Assembly: GCF_036917155.1 (NCBI RefSeq)
Contig: NZ_JBALDZ010000150.1
Span: 12,699-76,698 of the forward strand
DNA: 64,000 nt
Reading direction: 5' to 3'
Source of the DNA: Nostoc sp.
Lineage (GTDB): Bacteria; Cyanobacteriota; Cyanobacteriia; Cyanobacteriales; Nostocaceae
Below are positions 1-10,843 of the stretch, one piece after another. A program made the translations under genes and the position numbers. The notes below the pieces were generated by a model. The model worked only from the letters and a program-made list of their open reading frames with translations, was not told where the DNA came from and did no database searches. The stretch's first letter is position 1. Each line of letters opens with the position of its first letter.

Positions 1-182
1 TGAAGAACTATCTTAACTTCGTATTAATTGAGGTGGTTCCAGATTAAAAGTAGTGATTAATGGCTAGGAATAAGAGCGCCATTACACGATGTACAATTTC
101 CGTCATTACCTTTTTATAGGGGTATGCATTATGATCAATTCCAAGTTCTGCGTCGGCAGGCTAATTGATCGCAATGTTTTTT

Positions 183-1601
183 ATGAATTTAGTCTGGCAA
201 CGATTTACTTTATCATCTTTACCGCTCAAAGAATATCTTGCTACCAGTTATGTACACCGCTCTCTGGTGGGACTGTTAAGTTCTTGGCGGCAAACCAGCA
301 TCTTGCTCCAGTGGGGAGATGCGACAGCAGCTGCTTTACTCAGCTTAATATATGCTCTTGCACCTTTTGCTTCGAGTACGTTGGTGGGTTTGTTGCTGGT
401 GGCTTGTGTCGGATTTTGGTTGTTGTTGACTCTATCTGATGAAGTAACACCAACAAATGTCTCGTCAGTTACTCCGATTCACTTACTGGTATTGCTCTAC
501 TGGGGAGTTGCGGCAGTTGCAACAGCATTATCACCAGTAAAAAGGGCGGCACTTAATGACTTGGGCACGTTGACCTTATATTTGCTACTATTTGCCCTTT
601 GTGCCAGGGTATTAAGGTCGCCTCGCCTCCGGTCTTGGATTATCATTCTTTACCTGCATGTATCGTTAATTGTCAGTGTCTATGGATTGCGACAATGGTT
701 TTTTGGAGCCACAGCACTGGCGACTTGGGTTGATCCAGAATCTCCTCTGTCTAAGACGACAAGAGTCTACAGTTATTTAGGCAATCCCAACTTATTAGCT
801 GGATACCTTTTACCAGCAGTAATATTTAGCTTTGTGGCAATTTTTGCATGGCAAAGCTGGCTTAAAAAAGCTTTGGCATTAACGATGTTAATTGTCAATA
901 CTTCCTGCTTGATTCTGACTTTTAGTCGTGGCGGTTGGATTGGACTAGTGGTAGCATTTTTAGCTGTGATGGCATTACTAGTTTATTGGAAAAGCGTGGA
1001 AATGCCGCGTTTTTGGCGTACTTGGTCACTGCCGATTGTCTTGGGAGGTTTAATTGGGGTATTAGTGCTAGCAGTGATATTTGTAGAGCCAGTGCGCCTG
1101 CGAGTGTTCAGTATTTTTGCCGACCGTAAAGATAGTAGTAATAATTTTCGCCGAAATGTGTGGGATGCTGTTTTTGAGATGATTCGCGATCGCCCGATTT
1201 TCGGCATTGGCCCTGGTCACGGCTCTTTTAATAAAGTTTATCCGCTCTACCAACACCCTCGTTACACTGCTTTGAGTGCCTATTCGATATTGTTGGAAGT
1301 GACTGTAGAAACTGGCTTTGTTGGTTTAGCCTGTTTTCTCTGGCTCATAATTGTCACATTTAATACGGCACTTTTGCAAGTGCGACGATTGCGACAAGTG
1401 AAAAGTGTCGAGGGATTTTGGTTAATTGGAGCGATCGCTATTTTGTTGGGTATGCTAGCTCACGGCACTGTAGATACTGTCTGGTATCGTCCTGAAGTTA
1501 ATACCCTCTGGTGGCTGATCGTTGCCTTAATTGCTAGCTACTGGACACCCTTAGCTCAAAACCAGACAAATTCATCTAACTCAGAACCAGCAGTAAATTA
1601 A
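183..1601 (+). CDS. ictB: IctB family membrane protein (O-antigen ligase-like, putative bicarbonate transporter)
   Basis: Multi-TM protein with RVYSYLGNPNLLAGYL, LTFSRGGW and DSSNNFRRNVW motifs. Start taken at ATG 183 (MNLVWQ); the ORF track extends to 165. Confidence 0.85.
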   Translation: MNLVWQRFTLSSLPLKEYLATSYVHRSLVGLLSSWRQTSILLQWGDATAAALLSLIYALAPFASSTLVGLLLVACVGFWLLLTLSDEVTPTNVSSVTPIHLLVLLYWGVAAVATALSPVKRAALNDLGTLTLYLLLFALCARVLRSPRLRSWIIILYLHVSLIVSVYGLRQWFFGATALATWVDPESPLSKTTRVYSYLGNPNLLAGYLLPAVIFSFVAIFAWQSWLKKALALTMLIVNTSCLILTFSRGGWIGLVVAFLAVMALLVYWKSVEMPRFWRTWSLPIVLGGLIGVLVLAVIFVEPVRLRVFSIFADRKDSSNNFRRNVWDAVFEMIRDRPIFGIGPGHGSFNKVYPLYQHPRYTALSAYSILLEVTVETGFVGLACFLWLIIVTFNTALLQVRRLRQVKSVEGFWLIGAIAILLGMLAHGTVDTVWYRPEVNTLWWLIVALIASYWTPLAQNQTNSSNSEPAVN

Positions 1602-1611
1602 CATCAGTAGG

Positions 1612-1641
1612 TTGTCAGTTGTTTTTTATGACAACTGACAA
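1612..1641. terminator. Hairpin between convergent ictB and smpB
   Basis: TTGTCAGTTGT...ACAACTGACAA, an 11-bp inverted repeat. Confidence 0.55.
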
Positions 1642-1667
1642 AATAATTCTGACTCCTGAATTCTTCT

Positions 1668-2135
1668 TCAATAGCTTTTCATTGCCCGTTGAATGTCACG
1701 CTGGTCTTGGCGTCGTTTCAGGTCTTCTCGCTTATCGTGGAGCTTTTTACCTTTGCCAAGGGCTATACTCACTTTTAGCCAACCTCGTTTGAGATACATT
1801 TTCAAAGGGATTAAAGTTAAACCCTGCTGTTCGACTTTGCCAATTAGCTTACGGAGTTCTTGACGATGCAATAATAGCTTGCGTGTACGCCGTGGTTCAT
1901 GATTGAAATATTGTCCACTAGCGTTGTAAGGCGAGATATGCACATTGATCAACCATGCTTCGCCATTGCGAAGCAAAGCATAGCCATCTTGGAGATTGAC
2001 TTTCCCTGCACGAATTGACTTCACCTCTGTTCCTGTCAATTCAATTCCAGCCTCGTAAGTTTCTAGAATTTCATACAAATAACGGGCTTGACGGTTGTCG
2101 CAAATAACTTTGTAACCTTCGTTCTTGTCGCTCAT
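1668..2135 (-). CDS. smpB: SsrA-binding protein
   Basis: NRQARYLYEILETYEAGIELTGTEVKSIR and GKGKKLHDKR motifs. Confidence 0.97.
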   Translation of the reverse strand: MSDKNEGYKVICDNRQARYLYEILETYEAGIELTGTEVKSIRAGKVNLQDGYALLRNGEAWLINVHISPYNASGQYFNHEPRRTRKLLLHRQELRKLIGKVEQQGLTLIPLKMYLKRGWLKVSIALGKGKKLHDKREDLKRRQDQRDIQRAMKSY

Positions 2136-2736
2136 TGATAATTTTGTGTGCTTTAAATGTACCTAAAAAATTATTTGGATTGGCTTGTGAATTATAGGGT
2201 GTATCTTAGAACTGCTATGAATGCTGAACCATATATCACTAATCTAGCTTTTTTAAGTTCACAATTAAGAGTTTTCTGGCAAATTTAAGTTATCGAAACA
2301 GAATTCAGGAGCGGAGCCGGAGACGTTTCCGTTAGCTCCGGTCAGAATTCAGTTGGGTATTCTGTACGAGTGGCAGGTAGCGACGCGAGTGGAGATAAAA
2401 AACAAAAAATATTTATACTTACTTAGCTTTTAGGAAATTATTGATAAAGTTAATATCAATTTACACTATGGTAAGCGTTTACTCTGTCTTATTGATGAGT
2501 TGTTACAAATTACAAAGGTCTTTGTGCCTCCCAAGCACGGGTAGTCAAAGGTGAGTTAGACTTCATTAACTTTCCTAAGGATTTAAGATTTTCTTTATAA
2601 ATCAGCCCTAAAGGCAGTAATTAGCTGATAATCCTGTCATAGTATGAAACATAAGAACACTATTATTGTTTGTGTTCACTGATGGAACACGTAGAAGTAA
2701 ATTTCTGAGTAAAAAAATGCTAGGGGTGTATTATCC

Positions 2737-3420
2737 ATGCCCTTGACGATCCTTGTAGTGGATGATGATTTGGGCACTCGTCTGTCTGTTAGCGACTATC
2801 TTGAACTGTCTGGCTACTCGGTGATCACGGCTAATGACGGTCAAGAGGCTTTGTTTATGGTGGATGAGTATCATCCTGATTTGATTGTCACGGATATCGT
2901 TATGCCACGGATGAATGGCTATGAACTGGTGCGTCGGGTGCGTCAGCAACCAGTGTTTCGTTTATTGCCTGTAATTTTATTAACGGCACGCACTAAGACC
3001 CAAGAAAGAATTCTGGGCTACCAGTCAGGGTGTGATTTATATTTACCCAAGCCTTTTGAACTCGAAGAGTTAGCAGCAGCAATCCGCAATCTTTTGGAGC
3101 GATCGCAAATTATCCAATCAGAGTATCGTTTTTCTCATAAAGAGAGTTTGGGTATTTCCGTCTCGACAAAAGCGGGGGATGTCCATAATTCTCTGTCCAC
3201 TCAAATTCAGAAATCCCATCTGCACTCATCCCTAACTCATAGAGAACAGGAAGTCTTAGAGTTATTAACTCATGGTCTTTCTAATGCCGAAATGGGTCTT
3301 CAACTACACCTGAGTCCTCGAACTGTAGAAAAATACGTTAGCAGTTTATTGAGAAAAACCTCAACCAGCAACCGAGCAGAATTAGTGCGTTTTGCGATGA
3401 AGCATGGTCTGGTGGATTAA
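2737..3420 (+). CDS. NarL/LuxR-family response regulator
   Basis: Receiver domain (VVDDD, DIVMP, KPF) plus LuxR HTH (LTHREQEVL...SPRTVEKY). Confidence 0.92.
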   Translation: MPLTILVVDDDLGTRLSVSDYLELSGYSVITANDGQEALFMVDEYHPDLIVTDIVMPRMNGYELVRRVRQQPVFRLLPVILLTARTKTQERILGYQSGCDLYLPKPFELEELAAAIRNLLERSQIIQSEYRFSHKESLGISVSTKAGDVHNSLSTQIQKSHLHSSLTHREQEVLELLTHGLSNAEMGLQLHLSPRTVEKYVSSLLRKTSTSNRAELVRFAMKHGLVD

Positions 3421-3421
3421 A

Positions 3422-3660
3422 AGTTATGAGTGAGGAGTTATAAGTGAGGAATTAAAACTCCTAACTCATAACTCCTAACTCATAACTCCTCACTCCTAAC
3501 TCCTAACTCCTAACTCCTAACTCCTAACTCCTCACTCATAACTCCTAACTCCTAACTCCTCACTCATAACTCCTCACTCATAACTCCTCACTCATAACTC
3601 CTCACTCCTCACTCCTCACTCCTCACTCCTCACTCCTCACTCCTCACTCCTAACTCCTCA
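3422..3660. repeat. STRR heptamer array (ACTCCTA/ACTCCTC/ACTCATA)
   Basis: About 28 tandem 7-mers preceded by a short complementary arm; overlaps the phosphatase stop codon. Confidence 0.95.
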
Positions 3661-4127
3661 CTTTTAACTTTTGTCAGCAGACCTTCACAAGCATCGATCA
3701 ATAAATCAATAACCTGATTAAATCCCTCTTCACCGCCGTAATAGGGATCTGGAACTTCCTTTAGAGTGTGTCGAGAGCAAAACTCGCACATCAAACGCAC
3801 TTTATGCTGATATTCCTGAGTGCGATCAAGAGTGAGGATGTTCTTATAATTTTCTTGATCCATCGCTAAAATCAAATCAAAGTCTTGAAAGTCTGATTTT
3901 TGAAACTGGCGTGCCCGACCACGCAGTTTAATCCCCAACCTTTTAGCAGCCGCAGCACTCATACGTCTGTCAGGTGGGCTACCAATGTGATAACTAGATG
4001 TCCCAGCAGAGTCACAAAGGATGCGATCACTCAAGCCAGCCTGCTCAATGAGATGATTCATGATATTTTCTGCCGATGGCGATCGGCAGATGTTACCTAA
4101 GCAGACAAACAGTAACTTGTAAGGCAT
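3630..4127 (-). CDS. Low molecular weight protein-tyrosine phosphatase
   Basis: VCLGNICRS P-loop and DPYYG motif. Start at MPYKLLF; the upstream extension in the track is repeat-derived. Confidence 0.95.
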   Translation of the reverse strand: MPYKLLFVCLGNICRSPSAENIMNHLIEQAGLSDRILCDSAGTSSYHIGSPPDRRMSAAAAKRLGIKLRGRARQFQKSDFQDFDLILAMDQENYKNILTLDRTQEYQHKVRLMCEFCSRHTLKEVPDPYYGGEEGFNQVIDLLIDACEGLLTKVKSEELGVRSEE

Positions 4128-4203
4128 AGATATTATTTGTCCTTTGTCAATAGTCATTTGTCCTTTGTCCAATGACTAATGACCAATGACTAATGACCAA
4201 TAA

Positions 4204-4551
4204 CTAAAATCCAGGTAACTCCAACCCACTGGTTAATTCTTCCATACGTTCCCGCATGGTTGCTGTGGACTTGTTGTAGGCTTCTTTCATTGCCACTGCT
4301 ACAAGATCGGAAAGTACTTCTGCACCTTCTGCTAAAGCTTCTGGAGAAATTTCCACCCGCTTGGGTTCTTGGTTCCCACTGACAATCACCTTTACCAGTC
4401 CACCGCCAGATTCTCCTTGAATCTCCATTTGCTCCAATTCTTCTTGGAGTCGCTTTGCACCTTCTTGAACTTGCTGCGCTTTCTTAAAAGCTTCAGCCAA
4501 TTCTTTCATTTTTCCTAAGCCGAAGCCAAATCCCTGTCCTTTTCCTGTCAT
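4204..4551 (-). CDS. YbaB/EbfC family nucleoid-associated protein
   Basis: KAQQVQ...[14 protein letters not shown] motif; 115 aa. Confidence 0.92.
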   Translation of the reverse strand: MTGKGQGFGFGLGKMKELAEAFKKAQQVQEGAKRLQEELEQMEIQGESGGGLVKVIVSGNQEPKRVEISPEALAEGAEVLSDLVAVAMKEAYNKSTATMRERMEELTSGLELPGF

Positions 4552-4756
4552 AATTATTTGTACGCGTGTGCGTTGAATAACAAATCAAATTCAATTATAG
4601 ATGCGGTAAGTAATTTGACTCTTTTTTTACCAATAATTAATGCTTCATAGAATGAATGGGAATTGGGAATTGGGCATTGGGAATTGGTTATCAATTGTTC
4701 TTCCTTACAGCATTATCTTTACCATTCCCCACTCCCCACTCCCCATTCCCCACTCC

Positions 4757-5758
4757 CTATCCACAAGCACCTTGAAACTCTCCGAGCATTTTGACTTCTG
4801 GCTCTAAATTAATAGACCAACGTTCTTGTACTTGATGTTGTATGTGGCGAATGAGACAGAAGATATCGCTAGCTTTTGCTCCACCACGGTTAACGATGAA
4901 ATTAGCATGGAGTAATGCTACTTGCGCTCCGCCAATTTGGTAGCCTTTCAAACCAGTTTGTTCAATTAACCAGCCAGCGCTATAAGGTTTGGGATTGCGG
5001 AACACACTACCACAACTGGGAAAGTTGTATGGTTGGGTGCTTAACCGATGCTTTTTGTGTTGTTTGGTGATTGCCACAACTGCTGCTGGGTCTGCACCTG
5101 GGGCAAGTTGTAAGGTGGCTTGGGTGACGATGCGATCGCCACCTTGCAATAATGAAGTCCGGTAGCTATAACCTAATTGATCGGGGGTAAGAGTTTCTAG
5201 CGTCCCATCGGGTGAAAGTACCTGGGCACTAACTAACATATCTGCGATACAGCTATTATGTGCCCCTGCATTCATCACTACTGCACCCCCTGCTGTTCCA
5301 GGGATACCTACAGCCCACTCTAAACCCTGCCAACCCAATTCCGCTGCTGCCCATGCCAAACTAGGAATTGATTCTCCAGCAGCAACGGTTAATTGACCTG
5401 TCTCTAGGTCAAAGTGACTGAAGCGGAGATGACGAGTCGCAATGACTAAGCCTGATATACCACCATCGCTCACCAGCAAGTTAGAACCTGCTCCCAGCGT
5501 TGTCACTTTTAAATCACGTTCTTTTGCGTATTTAAGACTTGCTTGCAGTGCTTCTACATTTCGGGGAGAAACGTACAATTGTGCTTCTCCCCCAACTCTA
5601 TAGGAAGTGAACGCTGACAAAGAAGCCTGAGACTTGATTGCACAATCAGTATTGGGTAAGTAAATTACTTCACTCTCCACCGAATTAGCTGTTTGCTGTT
5701 TCTTTGTATTCAAAGAAGAAACTGTGCAGACGTTTCCAGCGGCCTGGGAAATAGTCAT
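4757..5758 (-). CDS. murB: UDP-N-acetylenolpyruvoylglucosamine reductase
   Basis: [23 protein letters not shown] and SCGSVFRNP motifs. Confidence 0.97.
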   Translation of the reverse strand: MTISQAAGNVCTVSSLNTKKQQTANSVESEVIYLPNTDCAIKSQASLSAFTSYRVGGEAQLYVSPRNVEALQASLKYAKERDLKVTTLGAGSNLLVSDGGISGLVIATRHLRFSHFDLETGQLTVAAGESIPSLAWAAAELGWQGLEWAVGIPGTAGGAVVMNAGAHNSCIADMLVSAQVLSPDGTLETLTPDQLGYSYRTSLLQGGDRIVTQATLQLAPGADPAAVVAITKQHKKHRLSTQPYNFPSCGSVFRNPKPYSAGWLIEQTGLKGYQIGGAQVALLHANFIVNRGGAKASDIFCLIRHIQHQVQERWSINLEPEVKMLGEFQGACG

Positions 5759-5883
5759 CTTTACTTTTTTTTGGTAAAATTTTTACATTTATTTACCGCA
5801 AAGATACGGTAATGGAGTTAACTTATAAAACCGTTACTAGAGGGGCGCTTTGCTCAGAAATAAAATTTTGCAAAGTCTCCACT

Positions 5884-7347
5884 TTAGGATGTGGCTTTAG
5901 CAGGCTCACAAAGTGTTGTAATTACTTCAGGAATCACCTGGTTCAAGTTTCCAGCCCCCAAAAACAACGCCAAGTCTCCTGGGCGTAGTGTTTGTAGCAA
6001 GTACTCACACACTGCGGGTAAAGTTGGTTGATAAACTACCTGCGAATGCTGTTTAGCAATCTCTGCGGCTAGACTTTCACCACTAATTTGCCCTAAATTT
6101 GGTTCACCAGCACTGTAAATATCAGTCAACACAACCAAATCAGCATGTGCAAAGGAATCGGCAAATTCTTCTAAAAACGTCAGTGTACGGCTATAGCGAT
6201 GAGGTTGGAAGATAGCAACCACTCTTTGCCCTGGTCTTGCCTGTAAACGGGCTGCGGCGAGAGTAACGCGAATCTCGCTCGGATGATGGGCATAGTCATC
6301 GATGAAGGTAATGCCATTGACTTCACCTCGGAACTCAAAGCGTCGTCTTGCTCCTTCAAAGGTGGCGATACCTTTGGCAATTGCTCCAAATTCTAAACCC
6401 AAGGCGCGACCAACAGCCACAGCGGCTAGGGCATTGCTGAGATTATGCCGACTGAGCAGCCGCAATGTCAACACGCCCAAAGCTTTGCCTCTTTCCCAAA
6501 CTAAAGCCGTAGTGCCATCAGCCCGATAATCAATATTGGTGACGGTGTAATCAGCGTTGGTATCTGAGTGTAAGCTGTAGGTAATTGTGGGTTGTAAGCG
6601 ATCGCGCACTGTAGCACAGTCAATGCTACCTATCAACGTTTTACAACTCTTAGCAAATGTCTGGAAGATGTCAATGACTTCTTCTAATGTATCGTAGTGG
6701 TCAGGATGATCGAGTTCAATATTGGTAATGATGCCAATTTCCGGAGCGTGTTTTACCAGGGAACCATCTGATTCATCTGCCTCGGCTACCAAATATTGGC
6801 TTTGTCCCAGTCGAGCATTACCAGACCATGCATTAACTTCGCCACCTACTAAAATTGTTGGGTCTAGGCCTGCTTCCAAAAGCATATAGCCAATCATGCT
6901 ACTGGTTGTGGTTTTGCCGTGTGTTCCTGCCACTGCAATGCTGTAGTACTCGGCAATTAGAGATGCTAGTACATCTGAACGATGTAAAATTGGACAACCT
7001 AATTCCAGCGCTGCTTTGTATTCTAAATTATTAGTGTTAATTGCTGTTGAACAAATGACTTGAGGCAATTTCGAGTTAGTATCAGCAGGTAATTGTTCTT
7101 GTGAATTTAATACTACTGGATTAGCCAATACTTGAGGTCGAAAGAATTCAAGATTGCTTGCCTCTTGTTTACCAAAAATATGAGCGCCGATAGATTCTAA
7201 CTTGTGCGTAATATGGTTTGGACGAAGATCCGAACCTGATACTGGAAATTGACGCTTTGTGAGAACGTATGCCAGAGCAGACATACCTATGCCACCGATG
7301 CCAATGAAATGAAATGGTCTACCACTAAAATCCACAGAATTAGTCAT
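5884..7347 (-). CDS. murC: UDP-N-acetylmuramate--L-alanine ligase
   Basis: GIGGIGMS, GTHGKTTT, EADESD, DDYAHHP and FQPHRYSRT motifs. Confidence 0.97.
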   Translation of the reverse strand: MTNSVDFSGRPFHFIGIGGIGMSALAYVLTKRQFPVSGSDLRPNHITHKLESIGAHIFGKQEASNLEFFRPQVLANPVVLNSQEQLPADTNSKLPQVICSTAINTNNLEYKAALELGCPILHRSDVLASLIAEYYSIAVAGTHGKTTTSSMIGYMLLEAGLDPTILVGGEVNAWSGNARLGQSQYLVAEADESDGSLVKHAPEIGIITNIELDHPDHYDTLEEVIDIFQTFAKSCKTLIGSIDCATVRDRLQPTITYSLHSDTNADYTVTNIDYRADGTTALVWERGKALGVLTLRLLSRHNLSNALAAVAVGRALGLEFGAIAKGIATFEGARRRFEFRGEVNGITFIDDYAHHPSEIRVTLAAARLQARPGQRVVAIFQPHRYSRTLTFLEEFADSFAHADLVVLTDIYSAGEPNLGQISGESLAAEIAKQHSQVVYQPTLPAVCEYLLQTLRPGDLALFLGAGNLNQVIPEVITTLCEPAKATS

Positions 7348-7353
7348 TTATTG

Positions 7354-7376
7354 CTCCTCTTACACCACACCACACC
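7354..7376 (-). promoter_or_regulatory. Probable Yfr1 sRNA target site over the murC RBS
   Basis: The mRNA reads GGUGUGGUGUGGUGUAAGAGGAG just upstream of the AUG, complementary to the Yfr1 motif ACUCCUCACAC. Confidence 0.5.
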
Positions 7377-7750
7377 ATAATCACAAATGACACGCGTATC
7401 ATAACAGGAATTTGATTTTTACCGTAACTACTCCTGTATCATGTTCATGTTTGATGTCCAAATGATGTTTCTGCTCTGGTTTTCTTTGTTCAGAATGATT
7501 TTACCTTGGTTGGAGGTTTTTGCTATTTTTGAACTGTTCTTAAGATTATTCTGAAAATTTTGGCTGCATCGGGAAAGAAATTCTTGTAATGTCAAATACA
7601 TAAATTTGGCTGCCTTACTGTAATTGGCTACATAATACATTGTTTAGTGAAACTGATTTGAAATTGCATCCAGTCTAGGCGTGAATTGAGTAAAATAGTA
7701 CATTGGTAATGAAACTATTTTCCAATTGCATAAAACCCAGGCATAACTGG

Positions 7751-8401
7751 ATGCAGCAACTAGCAATTTTTGGTGGCACATTTGATCCAATTCATTGGGG
7801 ACACCTACTTGTAGCCGAAACAGCTTTGCATCAAGTATGCCTTGAAAAGGTAATTTGGGTGCCATCCCTAAATCCTCCTCACAAAGAAGCAGCTTTGTTT
7901 GAGCATCGTGTGCAAATGCTGCAATTAGCCATAAAAGATAACCCAGCGTTTACTGTCTCACTAGTGGAGACAAATCGCTCTGGGACTTCTTATGCCATTA
8001 ACACCCTGATTGACTTATCTGCTTGTTACCCAAATACTCAGTGGTACTGGATTGTGGGCTTGGATACTTTCCAAACCTTACCCCGTTGGCACCGTGGACA
8101 CGAACTAGCACAAATGTGTGATTGGTTAATCGCACCCCGACTGCTAGGTGGTGAGACTATAACTCAAAGCAAATTAATCTGCAAGCAAGTAGAGCAACAA
8201 CTCAGAGAGCAGTCCTCTACCATTCACTGGCAACTCTTGAATATACCTTTAGTAGGAGTTTCGTCAAGTCTAATTCGCAAATTTTGCCGCGATAACTTCG
8301 TCAACCCCAAGGGCGAACGCCAGTCAATTCGTTATTTAGTACCGGAATCGGTCAGATCATATATCACTAACAACAATCTCTACTCTCAAAAATCTGAATA
8401 A
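7751..8401 (+). CDS. nadD: Nicotinate-nucleotide adenylyltransferase
   Basis: GGTFDPIHWGH and VSSSLIR motifs; carries a probable 24-nt in-frame insertion. Confidence 0.93.
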   Translation: MQQLAIFGGTFDPIHWGHLLVAETALHQVCLEKVIWVPSLNPPHKEAALFEHRVQMLQLAIKDNPAFTVSLVETNRSGTSYAINTLIDLSACYPNTQWYWIVGLDTFQTLPRWHRGHELAQMCDWLIAPRLLGGETITQSKLICKQVEQQLREQSSTIHWQLLNIPLVGVSSSLIRKFCRDNFVNPKGERQSIRYLVPESVRSYITNNNLYSQKSE

Positions 8402-8517
8402 ATTATGTGTTTTTTTATTGATCTAACACTTTATGGTTATAAGTGCCCCCCCCCTTTGCGATATGATTGGGGTCAACGATATCAACATATAAGCATAAAT
8501 ACAGAGGGCAAGGTACT

Positions 8518-9531
8518 GTGATTAGAGTTGCAATCAACGGTTTCGGGCGGATTGGACGTAACTTTGCGCGTTGTTGGGTGGGTAGAGAGAATAGTCAAAT
8601 CGATCTTGTCGCGATTAATGACACATCAGACCCCAGAACTAATGCTCACCTGCTCAAGTATGACTCAATGCTAGGGAAGATCAAAGGTGCTGAGATTGGT
8701 GCCGACGATAACTCTATCATCGTTAACGGCAAGACCATTAAGTGCGTATCCGATCGCAACCCCGAAAACTTGCCCTGGAGAGATTGGGGAATTGACCTAA
8801 TTATCGAAGCAACTGGGGTGTTTACTAGCAAGGAAGGAGCGCTCAAGCATGTGAATGCTGGAGCCAAGAAAGTTCTGATTACCGCTCCTGGTAAAAACGA
8901 GGATGGCACTTTTGTGGTTGGTGTTAATCATCACGACTATGACCACAACATACACAACATTATCAGTAACGCTAGCTGTACTACCAACTGCTTGGCACCA
9001 ATCGCCAAGGTGTTGAACGATAAATTCGGCATTATCAAAGGTACGATGACCACCACCCACAGCTATACAGGCGATCAGCGCTTGCTAGACGCTTCTCACC
9101 GCGATTTGCGACGGGCGAGGGCAGCAGCGATAAACATTGTACCCACCTCCACTGGTGCAGCGAAAGCAGTGGCGCTAGTTATCCCAGACCTGAAAGGCAA
9201 GCTAAATGGCGTTGCCTTACGCGTACCAACCCCGAACGTTTCAATGGTAGATTTCGTAGTGCAGGTTGAGAAGCGTACTATTACTGAAGAAGTTAACCAA
9301 GCTCTCAAAGATGCTGCCGAAGGTCCACTTAAAGGTATTTTGGCCTACAGCGATCTAGAACTGGTATCGTCTGATTATCAAGGTCATGATGCTTCTTCGA
9401 TTGTCGATGCTAGTTTGACTTTGGTCTTGGGTAATGACTTAGTAAAAGTTATGGCATGGTATGACAACGAGTGGGGTTACAGCCAACGAGTTTTGGATTT
9501 GGCAGAATTAGTAGCCGAGAAGTGGGTTTAA
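8518..9531 (+). CDS. gap2: NAD(P)-dependent glyceraldehyde-3-phosphate dehydrogenase
   Basis: GTG start, [21 protein letters not shown], and the GapA/Gap2-type loop [16 protein letters not shown]. Confidence 0.95.
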   Translation: MIRVAINGFGRIGRNFARCWVGRENSQIDLVAINDTSDPRTNAHLLKYDSMLGKIKGAEIGADDNSIIVNGKTIKCVSDRNPENLPWRDWGIDLIIEATGVFTSKEGALKHVNAGAKKVLITAPGKNEDGTFVVGVNHHDYDHNIHNIISNASCTTNCLAPIAKVLNDKFGIIKGTMTTTHSYTGDQRLLDASHRDLRRARAAAINIVPTSTGAAKAVALVIPDLKGKLNGVALRVPTPNVSMVDFVVQVEKRTITEEVNQALKDAAEGPLKGILAYSDLELVSSDYQGHDASSIVDASLTLVLGNDLVKVMAWYDNEWGYSQRVLDLAELVAEKWV

Positions 9532-9537
9532 TTAATA

Positions 9538-9727
9538 AGTTAGGAGTTAGGAGTGAGGAGTGAGGAGTAAGGAGTTAGGAATTAGGAGTCGAAAGTGAAA
9601 AGTGAGGAATTAAAACTCATAACTTCTAACTCATAACTTTTAACTCTTGAAGTAGTGAGGAGTTAGGAATTAGGAGTCGAAAGTGAGGAATTAAAACTCA
9701 TAACTCATAACTTCTAACTCATAACTT
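9538..9727. repeat. Inverted STRR arms, duplicated, between convergent gap2 and thiL
   Basis: (GAGTTAG)n and (ACTCATA)n arms; the unit GAGTTAGGAATTAGGAGTCGAAAGTGA...AAAACTCATAAC occurs twice. Confidence 0.85.
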
Positions 9728-10753
9728 TTAACTCTTGAAGTGTTGAAATCCCTGGCTAAGACTCAGAACTTGGTCGGGGAATTTTTTTTGTTCGTCGTAC
9801 AATAGTACTGTTGAACCAGCTATAATCTTGCCCACGATCGCAGCACCTTCACCAAGATGTTGCACTAAGGCTGACGCTAACTCTTGTGGTAAGCACAGCA
9901 CTAATTCAAAGTCTTCGCCACCGTATAGAGCATATTGTAGCGCTTGCTCTGGTGGCAACCAATGGTTAAAAATTTTTGGTATGGGAATTTGTCTGCGTTC
10001 TAAGACAGCGCCAACGCTGCTAGCACGGCAAATTTGGATGATCGCATCTGCCAAACCATCACTGCTATCCATACCAGCAATGGGAAGTTGGGAGTTAGGA
10101 GTTAGGAGTTGGGAGTTAGGAGTTAAGGTTTTCCAGAGGATTGGTAAGACATCTAATCGTGGCTGTGGGCGTTGGTGTGCATGGATTAGAGCCGCGCGTT
10201 CTCCATCTTTGAGATTCTGCCCTAATTCGGGATGTAAGAGTAGTTGTAAGCCAGCGTGGGAGGCTCCATGAAAGCCTGTAACAACGATCGCATCTCCCAC
10301 AACAGCAGCAGAACGGCGGATAATTTGATTAGGATTAACTTGACCAAAAGCGGTAATTGCCAGAGTAGTAACAGGTGATCGCACCACATCACCCCCAACA
10401 ATTGGGGTATTGTATTTTTGCAGGCATTCTGTCATTCCCTCGTACAAGCGTTCTACCCAACTTACCCTAAGTTCACCAGGTAGTCCCAACCCGACAGTGA
10501 TTCCCAATGGAGAAGCGCCCATTGCGGCTAAATCTGATAAATTGGCAGCAGCAGCTCGCCAACCAGCATCTTCTGGGGAAGTGGTGAGGTTGCTAAAATG
10601 TACGCCATCAACCAGTACATCTGTAGTCACTACCAAAGATTTCCCTGGTGCAGTTTCAAGTACTGCGGCATCATCCCCGGTAATTTCTGCGGGACAAAAA
10701 CGCTGTAATTTTTCTAGAAGACTTTGTTCGCCAATATCTTTAACTTTTGTCAT
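9728..10753 (-). CDS. thiL: Thiamine-monophosphate kinase
   Basis: GDDAAV, NLSDLAAMGA, MDSSDGL and GGEDFEL motifs. Confidence 0.96.
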   Translation of the reverse strand: MTKVKDIGEQSLLEKLQRFCPAEITGDDAAVLETAPGKSLVVTTDVLVDGVHFSNLTTSPEDAGWRAAAANLSDLAAMGASPLGITVGLGLPGELRVSWVERLYEGMTECLQKYNTPIVGGDVVRSPVTTLAITAFGQVNPNQIIRRSAAVVGDAIVVTGFHGASHAGLQLLLHPELGQNLKDGERAALIHAHQRPQPRLDVLPILWKTLTPNSQLLTPNSQLPIAGMDSSDGLADAIIQICRASSVGAVLERRQIPIPKIFNHWLPPEQALQYALYGGEDFELVLCLPQELASALVQHLGEGAAIVGKIIAGSTVLLYDEQKKFPDQVLSLSQGFQHFKS

Positions 10754-10843
10754 TGGTCATTTGTCATTTGTCATTCTCCCCTCATCTCCCTACTCCCCAC
10801 TCCCCCAAGTTACGATAAAGGTATCGTCTAGGGGGATGTTGGA

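Noticed and set aside
2136..2736. tmRNA gene next to smpB
   Set aside because: No tRNA-like ends or tag-peptide frame are visible
3422..3660. Long repeat arrays (also 20714-20806, 33273-33352 and 43381-43585) as CRISPR
   Set aside because: They are contiguous 7-mers with no unique spacers and no cas genes; these are STRRs
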